Source of the DNA: Auanema rhodensis
Lineage: Eukaryota > Animalia > Nematoda
Direction of reading: 5' to 3'
Assembly (NCBI GenBank): GCA_964057225.1
Contig: OZ059900.1
Span: 24,304,001 to 24,368,000 of the forward strand
Length of the DNA: 64,000 nt
Part shown: piece after piece, positions 1-10,300 of the stretch
Numbering within the stretch: position 1 is the first letter of the stretch
Layout: every line of letters begins with the position of its first letter
Translations under genes and position numbers: made by a program
The notes under the pieces: model-generated
The model's input: only the letters and a program-made list of their open reading frames with translations
What the model was told of the DNA's origin: nothing
The model's database searches: none

Positions 1-342
1 GAAATGCTTCATTTTAGTATGTAACACGCTGAAATTCGTTGCATTTGACGACTCATATGAACAAAAATCGATTTAATCAATATTAGCCATAAGGGGCGTG
101 CCCTCAGAATATGCTAATTTCCTTAATTTTCTAACCCCTGTTTTGTTGTCGTGAAAGTGGAACTAGACGTTGTAGGAACAATTTTGAGCTAGGTTTCATT
201 GACATTGCATGAGTTTGAACACATGAAATCGTAAGTCAAAACCTTGTTTACAGCGAAATTTCCAAAAACTGGTTTTCCAGCATAATAAAATATTTCTCAT
301 GGGAAATACTGTGTTTTTGTATTTTTGTAGTGTTCAGCATGT
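1..342. repeat. Representative monomer (342 bp, ~34.5% GC)
   Basis: Period fixed by g1 aligning with a343. Counted 55 C + 63 G in 342 bp. Contains a single ATCGAT (ClaI) and a single CATATG (NdeI) site. The T6/T7/T8 run after 'cccctg' and the 'ggtttt/ggttt' indel give 341-343-bp variants. Confidence 0.97.
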
Positions 343-1367
343 AAAATGCTTCATTTTAGTATGTAACACGCTGAAATTCGTTGCATTTGACGACTCATAT
401 GAACAAAAATCGATTTAATCAATATTAGCCATAAGGGGCGTGCCCTCAGAATATGCTAATTTCCTTAATTTTCTAACCCCTGTTTTTTGTCGTGAAAGTG
501 GAACTAGACGTTGTAGGAACAATTTTGAGCTAGGTTTCATTGACATTGCATGAGTTTGAACACATGAAATCGTAAGTCAAAACCTTGTTTACAGCGAAAT
601 TTCCAAAAACTGGTTTTCCAGCATAATAAAATATTTCTCATGGGAAATACTGTGTTTTTGTATTTTTATAGTGTTCAGCATGTAAAATGCTTCATTTTAG
701 TATGTAACACGCTGAAATTCGTTGCATTTGACGACTCATATGAACAAAAATCGATTTAATCAATATTAGCCATAAGGGGCGTGCCCTCAGAATATGCTAA
801 TTTCCTTAATTTTCTAACCCCTGTTTTTTTGTCGTGAAAGTGGAATTAGACGTTGTAGGAACAATTTTGAGCTAGGTTTCATTGACATTGCATGAGTTTG
901 AACACATGAAATCGTAAGTCAAAACCTTGTTTACAGCGAAACTTCCAAAAACTGGTTTTCCAGCATAATAAAATATTTCTCATGGGAAATACTGTGTTTT
1001 TGTATTTTTATGGTGTTCAGCATGTAAAATGCTTCATTTTAGTATGTAACACGCTGAAATTCGTTGCATTTGACGACTCATATGAACAAAAATCGATTTA
1101 ATCAATATTAGCCATAAGGGTCGTGCCCTCAGAATATGCTAATTTCCTTAATTTTCTAACCCCTGTTTTTTTGTCGTGAAAGTGGAACTAGACGTTGTAG
1201 GAACAGTTTTGAGCTAGGTTTCATTGACATTGCATGAGTTTGAACACATGAAATCGTAAGTCAAAACCTTGTTTACAGCGAAATTTCCAAAAAGTGGTTT
1301 TCCAGCATAATAAAATATTTCTCATGGGAAATACTGTGTTTTTGTATTTTTCTAGTGTTCAGCATGT

Positions 1368-4300
1368 AAAATGCTTCATTTAAGTATGTGACACGCTGAA
1401 ATTCGTTGCATTTGACGACTCATATGAACAAAAATCGATTTAATCAATATTAGCCATAAGGGGCGTGCCCTCAGATTATGCTAATTTCCTTAATTTTCTA
1501 ACCCCTGTTTTTTGTCGTGAAAGTGGAACTAGACGTTGTAGGAACAATTTTGAGCTAGGTTTCATTGACATTGCATGAGTTTGAACACATGAAATCGTAA
1601 GTCAAAACCTTGTTTACAGCGAAATTTCCAAAAACTGGTTTTCCAGCATAATAAAATATTTCTCATGGGAAATACTGTGTTTTTGTATTTTTCTAGTGTT
1701 CAGCATGCAAAATACTTCATTTTAGTATGTAACACGCTGAAATTCGTTGCATTTGACGACTCATATGAACAAAAATCGATTTAATCAATATTAGCCATAA
1801 GGGGCGTGCCCTCAGAATATGCTAATTTCCTAAATTTTCTAACCCCTGTTTTTTTGTCGTGAAAGTGGAACTAGACGTTGTACGAACAATTTTGAGCTAG
1901 GTTTCATTGACATTGCATGAGTTTGAACACATGAAATCGTAAGTCAAAACCTTGTTTACAGCGAAATTTCCAAAAACTGGTTTTCCAGCATAATAAAATA
2001 TTTCTCATGGGAAAAACTGTGTTTTTGTATTTTTCTAGTGTTCAGCATGTAAAATGCTTCATTTTAGTATGTAACACGCTGAAATTCGTTGCATTTGACG
2101 ACTCATATGAACAAAAATCGATTTAATCAATATTAGCCATAAGAGGCGTGCCCTCAGAATATGCTAATTTCCTTAATTTTCTAACCCCTGTTTTTTTGTC
2201 GTGAAAGTGGAACTAGACGTTGTAGGAACAATTTTGAGCTAGATTTCTTTGACATTGCATGAGTTTGAACACATGAAATCGTAAGTCAAAACCTTGTTTA
2301 CAGCGAAAATTCCAAAAACTGGTTTTCCAGCATAATAAAATATTTCTCATGGGAAATACTGTGTTTTTGTATTTTTCTAGTGTTCAGCATGTAAAATGCT
2401 TCATTTAAGTATGTGACACGCTGAAATTCGTTGCATTTGACGACTCATATGAACAAAAATCGATTTAATCAATATTAGCCATAAGGGGCGTGCCCTCAGA
2501 TTATGCTAATTTCCTTAATTTTCTAACCCCTGTTTTTTGTCGTGAAAGTGGAACTAGACGTTGTAGGAACAATTTTGAGCTAGGTTTCATTGACATTGCA
2601 TGAGTTTGAACACATGAAATCGTAAGTCAAAACCTTGTTTACAGCGAAATTTCCAAAAACTGGTTTTCCAGCATAATAAAATATTTCTCATGGGAAATAC
2701 TGTGTTTTTGTATTTTTCTAGTGTTCAGCATGCAAAATACTTCATTTTAGTATGTAACACGCTGAAATTCGTTGCATTTGACGACTCATATGAACAAAAA
2801 TCGATTTAATCAATATTAGCCATAAGGGGCGTGCCCTCAGAATATGCTAATTTCCTAAATTTTCTAACCCCTGTTTTTTTGTCGTGAAAGTGGAACTAGA
2901 CGTTGTACGAACAATTTTGAGCTAGGTTTCATTGACATTGCATGAGTTTGAACACATGAAATCGTAAGTCAAAACCTTGTTTACAGCGAAATTTCCAAAA
3001 ACTGGTTTTCCAGCATAATAAAATATTTCTCATGGGAAAAACTGTGTTTTTGTATTTTTCTAGTGTTCAGCATGTAAAATGCTTCATTTTAGTATGTAAC
3101 ACGCTGAAATTCGTTGCATTTGACGACTCATATGAACAAAAATCGATTTAATCAATATTAGCCATAAGAGGCGTGCCCTCAGAATATGCTAATTTCCTTA
3201 ATTTTCTAACCCCTGTTTTTTTGTCGTGAAAGTGGAACTAGACGTTGTACGAACAATTTTGAGCTAGGTTTCATTGACATTGCATGAGTTTGAACACATG
3301 AAATCGTAAGTCAAAACCTTGTTTACAGCGAAATTTCCAAAAACTGGTTTTCCAGCATAATAAAATATTTCTCATGGGAAATACTGTGTTTTTGTATTTT
3401 TATAGTGTTCAGCATGTAAAATGTTTCATTTTAGTATGTAACACGCTGAAATTCGTTGCATTTGACGACTCATATGAACAAAAATCGATTTAATCAATAT
3501 AAGCCATAAAGGGCGTGCCCTCAGAATATGCTAATTTCCTTAATTTTCTAACCACTGTTTTTTTGTCGTGAAAGTGGAACTAGACGTTGTAGGAACAATT
3601 TTGAGCTAGGTTTCATTGACATTGCATGAGTTTGAACACATGAAATCGTAAGTCAAAACCTTGTTTACAGCGAAATTTCCAAAAACTCGTTTTCCAGCAT
3701 AATAAAATATTTCTCATGGGAAATACTGTGTTTTTGTATTTTTTTAGTGTTCAGCATGTAAAATGCTTCATTTTAGTATGTAACACGCTGAAATTAATTG
3801 CATTTGACGACTCATATGAACAAAAATCGATTTAATCAATATTAGCCATAAGGGGCGTGCCCTCAGAATATGCTAATTTCCTTAATTTTCTAACCCCTGT
3901 TTTTTTGTCGTGAAAGTGGAACTAGACGTTGTACGAACAATTTTGAGCTAGGTTTCATTGACATTGCATGAGTTTGAACACATGAAATCGTAAGTCAAAA
4001 CCTTGTTTACAGCGAAATTTCCAAAAACTGGTTTTCCAGCATAATAAAATATTTCTCATGGGAAATACTGTGTTTTTGTATTTTTCTAGTGTTCAGCATG
4101 TGAAATGCTTCATTTTAGTATGTAACACGCTGAAATTCGTTGCATTTGACGACTCATATGAACCAAAATCGATTTAATCAATATTAGCCATAAGGGGCGT
4201 GCCCTCAGAATATGCTAATTTCCTTAATTTTCTAACCCCTGTTTTGTTGTCGTGAAAGTGGAACTAGACGTTGTAGGAACAATTTTGAGCTAGGTTTCAT

Positions 4301-7300
4301 TGACATTGCATGAGTTTGAACACATGAAATCGTAAGTCAAAACCTTGTTTACAGCGAAATTTCCAAAAACTGGTTTTCCAGCATAATAAAATATTTCTCA
4401 TGGGAAATACTGTGTTTTTGTATTTTTATAGTGTTCAGCATGTAAGATGCTTCATTTTAGTATGTAACACGCTGAAATTCGTTGCATTTGACGACTCATA
4501 TGAACAAAAATCGATTTAATCAATATTAGCCATAAGAGGCGTGCCCTCAGAATATGCTAATTTCCTTAATTTTCTAACCCCTGTTTTTTTGTCGTGAAAG
4601 TGGAACTAGACGTTGTAATAACAATTTTGAGCTAGGTTTCATTGACATTGCATGAGTTTGAACACATGAAATCGTAAGTCAAAACCTTGTTTACAGCGAA
4701 ATTTCCAAAAACTGGTTTTCCAGCATAATAAAATATTTCTCATGGGAAATACTGTGTTTTTGTATTTTTCTAGTGTTCAGCATGTGAAATGCTTCATTTT
4801 AGTATGTAACACGCTGAAATTCGTTGCATTTGACGACTCATATGAACAAAAATCGATTTAATCAATATTAGCCATAAGGGGCGTGCCCTCAGAATATGCT
4901 AATTTCCTTAATTTTCTAACCCCTGTTTTGTTGTCGTGAAAGTGGAACTAGACGTTGTAGGAACAATTTTGAGCTAGGTTTCATTGACATTGCATGAGTT
5001 TGAACACATGAAATCGTAAGTCAAAACCTTGTTTACAGCGAAATTTCCAAAAACTGGTTTTCCAGCATAATAAAATATTTCTCATGGGAAATACTGTGTT
5101 TTTGTATTTTTCTAGTGTTCAGCATGTAAAATGCTTCATTTTAGTATGTAACACGCTGAAATTCGTTGCATTTGACGACTCATATGAACAAAAATCGATT
5201 TAATCAATATTAGCCATAAGAGGCGTGCCCTCAGAATATGCTAATTTCCTTAATTTTCTAACCCCTGTTTTTTTGTCGTGAAAGTGGAACTAGACGTTGT
5301 AGGAACAGTTTTGAGCTAGGTTTCATTGACATTGCATGAGTTTGAACACATGAAATCGTAAGTCAAAACCTTGTTTACAGCGAAATTTCCAAAAAGTGGT
5401 TTTCCAGCATAATAAAATATTTCTCATGGGAAATACTGTGTTTTTGTATTTTTCTAGTGTTCAGCATGTAAAATGCTTCATTTAAGTATGTGACACGCTG
5501 AAATTCGTTGCATTTGACGACTCATATGAACAAAAATCGATTTAATCAATATTAGCCATAAGGGGCGTGCCCTCAGATTATGCTAATTTCCTTAATTTTC
5601 TAACCCCTGTTTTTTGTCGTGAAAGTGGAACTAGACGTTGTAGGAACAATTTTGAGCTAGGTTTCATTGACATTGCATGAGTTTGAACACATGAAATCGT
5701 AAGTCAAAACCTTGTTTACAGCGAAATTTCCAAAAACTGGTTTTCCAGCATAATAAAATATTTCTCATGGGAAATACTGTGTTTTTGTATTTTTCTAGTG
5801 TTCAGCATGCAAAATACTTCATTTTAGTATGTAACACGCTGAAATTCGTTGCATTTGACGACTCATATGAACAAAAATCGATTTAATCAATATTAGCCAT
5901 AAGGGGCGTGCCCTCAGAATATGCTAATTTCCTAAATTTTCTAACCCCTGTTTTTTTGTCGTGAAAGTGGAACTAGACGTTGTACGAACAATTTTGAGCT
6001 AGGTTTCATTGACATTGCATGAGTTTGAACACATGAAATCGTAAGTCAAAACCTTGTTTACAGCGAAATTTCCAAAAACTGGTTTTCCAGCATAATAAAA
6101 TATTTCTCATGGGAAAAACTGTGTTTTTGTATTTTTCTAGTGTTCAGCATGTAAAATGCTTCATTTTAGTATGTAACACGCTGAAATTCGTTGCATTTGA
6201 CGACTCATATGAACAAAAATCGATTTAATCAATATTAGCCATAAGAGGCGTGCCCTCAGAATATGCTAATTTCCTTAATTTTCTAACCCCTGTTTTTTTG
6301 TCGTGAAAGTGGAACTAGACGTTGTAGGAACAATTTTGAGCTAGATTTCTTTGACATTGCATGAGTTTGAACACATGAAATCGTAAGTCAAAACCTTGTT
6401 TACAGCGAAAATTCCAAAAACTGGTTTTCCAGCATAATAAAATATTTCTCATGGGAAATACTGTGTTTTTGTATTTTTCTAGTGTTCAGCATGTAAAATG
6501 CTTCATTTAAGTATGTGACACGCTGAAATTCGTTGCATTTGACGACTCATATGAACAAAAATCGATTTAATCAATATTAGCCATAAGGGGCGTGCCCTCA
6601 GATTATGCTAATTTCCTTAATTTTCTAACCCCTGTTTTTTGTCGTGAAAGTGGAACTAGACGTTGTAGGAACAATTTTGAGCTAGGTTTCATTGACATTG
6701 CATGAGTTTGAACACATGAAATCGTAAGTCAAAACCTTGTTTACAGCGAAATTTCCAAAAACTGGTTTTCCAGCATAATAAAATATTTCTCATGGGAAAT
6801 ACTGTGTTTTTGTATTTTTCTAGTGTTCAGCATGCAAAATACTTCATTTTAGTATGTAACACGCTGAAATTCGTTGCATTTGACGACTCATATGAACAAA
6901 AATCGATTTAATCAATATTAGCCATAAGGGGCGTGCCCTCAGAATATGCTAATTTCCTAAATTTTCTAACCCCTGTTTTTTTGTCGTGAAAGTGGAACTA
7001 GACGTTGTACGAACAATTTTGAGCTAGGTTTCATTGACATTGCATGAGTTTGAACACATGAAATCGTAAGTCAAAACCTTGTTTACAGCGAAATTTCCAA
7101 AAACTGGTTTTCCAGCATAATAAAATATTTCTCATGGGAAATACTGTGTTTTTGTATTTTTCTAGTGTTCAGCATGTGAAATGCTTCTTTTTAGTATGTT
7201 ACACGCTGAAATTCGTTGCATTTGACGACTCATATGAACAAAAATCGATTTAATCAATATTAGCCATAAGGGGCGTGCCCTCAGAATATGCTAATTTCCT

Positions 7301-10300
7301 TAATTTTCTAACCACTGTTTTTTTGTCGTGAAAGTGGAACTAGACGTTGTAGGAACAATTTTGAGCTAGGTTTCATTGACATTGCATGAGTTTGAACACA
7401 TGAAATCGTAAGTCAAAACCTTGTTTACAGCGAAATTTCCAAAAACTCGTTTTCCAGCATAATAAAATATTTCTCATGGGAAATACTGTGTTTTTGTATT
7501 TTTTTAGTGTTCAGCATGTAAAATGCTTCATTTTAGTATGTAACACGCTGAAATTAATTGCATTTGACGACTCATATGAACAAAAATCGATTTAATCAAT
7601 ATTAGCCATAAGGGGCGTGCCCTCAGAATATGCTAATTTCCTTAATTTTCTAACCCCTGTTTTTTTGTCGTGAAAGTGGAACTAGACGTTGTACGAACAA
7701 TTTTGAGCTAGGTTTCATTGACATTGCATGAGTTTGAACACATGAAATCGTAAGTCAAAACCTTGTTTACAGCGAAATTTCCAAAAACTGGTTTTCCAGC
7801 ATAATAAAATATTTCTCATGGGAAATACTGTGTTTTTGTATTTTTCTAGTGTTCAGCATGTGAAATGCTTCATTTTAGTATGTAACACGCTGAAATTCGT
7901 TGCATTTGACGACTCATATGAACCAAAATCGATTTAATCAATATTAGCCATAAGGGGCGTGCCCTCAGAATATGCTAATTTCCTTAATTTTCTAACCCCT
8001 GTTTTGTTGTCGTGAAAGTGGAACTAGACGTTGTAGGAACAATTTTGAGCTAGGTTTCATTGACATTGCATGAGTTTGAACACATGAAATCGTAAGTCAA
8101 AACCTTGTTTACAGCGAAATTTCCAAAAACTGGTTTTCCAGCATAATAAAATATTTCTCATGGGAAATACTGTGTTTTTGTATTTTTATAGTGTTCAGCA
8201 TGTAAGATGCTTCATTTTAGTATGTAACACGCTGAAATTCGTTGCATTTGACGACTCATATGAACAAAAATCGATTTAATCAATATTAGCCATAAGAGGC
8301 GTGCCCTCAGAATATGCTAATTTCCTTAATTTTCTAACCCCTGTTTTTTTGTCGTGAAAGTGGAACTAGACGTTGTAATAACAATTTTGAGCTAGGTTTC
8401 ATTGACATTGCATGAGTTTGAACACATGAAATCGTAAGTCAAAACCTTGTTTACAGCGAAATTTCCAAAAACTGGTTTTCCAGCATAATAAAATATTTCT
8501 CATGGGAAATACTGTGTTTTTGTATTTTTCTAGTGTTCAGCATGTGAAATGCTTCATTTTAGTATGTAACACGCTGAAATTCGTTGCATTTGACGACTCA
8601 TATGAACAAAAATCGATTTAATCAATATTAGCCATAAGGGGCGTGCCCTCAGAATATGCTAATTTCCTTAATTTTCTAACCCCTGTTTTGTTGTCGTGAA
8701 AGTGGAACTAGACGTTGTAGGAACAATTTTGAGCTAGGTTTCATTGACATTGCATGAGTTTGAACACATGAAATCGTAAGTCAAAACCTTGTTTACAGCG
8801 AAATTTCCAAAAACTGGTTTTCCAGCATAATAAAATATTTCTCATGGGAAATACTGTGTTTTTGTATTTTTCTAGTGTTCAGCATGTAAAATGCTTCATT
8901 TTAGTATGTAACACGCTGAAATTCGTTGCATTTGACGACTCATATGAACAAAAATCGATTTAATCAATATTAGCCATAAGAGGCGTGCCCTCAGAATATG
9001 CTAATTTCCTTAATTTTCTAACCCCTGTTTTTTTGTCGTGAAAGTGGAACTAGACGTTGTAGGAACAGTTTTGAGCTAGGTTTCATTGACATTGCATGAG
9101 TTTGAACACATGAAATCGTAAGTCAAAACCTTGTTTACAGCGAAATTTCCAAAAAGTGGTTTTCCAGCATAATAAAATATTTCTCATGGGAAATACTGTG
9201 TTTTTGTATTTTTCTAGTGTTCAGCATGTAAAATGCTTCATTTAAGTATGTGACACGCTGAAATTCGTTGCATTTGACGACTCATATGAACAAAAATCGA
9301 TTTAATCAATATTAGCCATAAGGGGCGTGCCCTCAGATTATGCTAATTTCCTTAATTTTCTAACCCCTGTTTTTTGTCGTGAAAGTGGAACTAGACGTTG
9401 TAGGAACAATTTTGAGCTAGGTTTCATTGACATTGCATGAGTTTGAACACATGAAATCGTAAGTCAAAACCTTGTTTACAGCGAAATTTCCAAAAACTGG
9501 TTTTCCAGCATAATAAAATATTTCTCATGGGAAATACTGTGTTTTTGTATTTTTCTAGTGTTCAGCATGCAAAATACTTCATTTTAGTATGTAACACGCT
9601 GAAATTCGTTGCATTTGACGACTCATATGAACAAAAATCGATTTAATCAATATTAGCCATAAGGGGCGTGCCCTCAGAATATGCTAATTTCCTAAATTTT
9701 CTAACCCCTGTTTTTTTGTCGTGAAAGTGGAACTAGACGTTGTACGAACAATTTTGAGCTAGGTTTCATTGACATTGCATGAGTTTGAACACATGAAATC
9801 GTAAGTCAAAACCTTGTTTACAGCGAAATTTCCAAAAACTGGTTTTCCAGCATAATAAAATATTTCTCATGGGAAAAACTGTGTTTTTGTATTTTTCTAG
9901 TGTTCAGCATGTAAAATGCTTCATTTTAGTATGTAACACGCTGAAATTCGTTGCATTTGACGACTCATATGAACAAAAATCGATTTAATCAATATTAGCC
10001 ATAAGAGGCGTGCCCTCAGAATATGCTAATTTCCTTAATTTTCTAACCCCTGTTTTTTTGTCGTGAAAGTGGAACTAGACGTTGTAGGAACAATTTTGAG
10101 CTAGATTTCTTTGACATTGCATGAGTTTGAACACATGAAATCGTAAGTCAAAACCTTGTTTACAGCGAAAATTCCAAAAACTGGTTTTCCAGCATAATAA
10201 AATATTTCTCATGGGAAATACTGTGTTTTTGTATTTTTCTAGTGTTCAGCATGTAAAATGCTTCATTTAAGTATGTGACACGCTGAAATTCGTTGCATTT

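Noticed and set aside
34-50. CENP-B box-like motif (attcgttgcatttgacg)
   Set aside because: It matches TTCG and the central A but lacks the CGGG half (6 of 9 core positions), so it is not supportable as a functional box.
131-139. Telomere-like motif ctaacccct
   Set aside because: Only one copy per monomer and not tandem; expected by chance.
82-150. Rho-independent terminator (hairpin followed by T-run) or bacterial promoter (ttgaca at 199-204)
   Set aside because: The T-run lies more than 20 nt from the hairpin, there is no gene context, and such motifs are expected by chance in AT-rich satellite.
1-342. Tandem 5S rRNA, tRNA, snRNA or spliced-leader gene unit
   Set aside because: I recognised no 5S, tRNA or snRNA sequence, cloverleaf or Pol III A/B/C boxes. 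An Infernal/Rfam search would be decisive.
1-342. Assignment to a named satellite family or species (e.g. ~340-360-bp insect satellites) or to a MITE/Helitron origin
   Set aside because: Only the length and AT content are similar. I cannot verify sequence homology, and no terminal inverted repeats with target-site duplications or array ends are visible.
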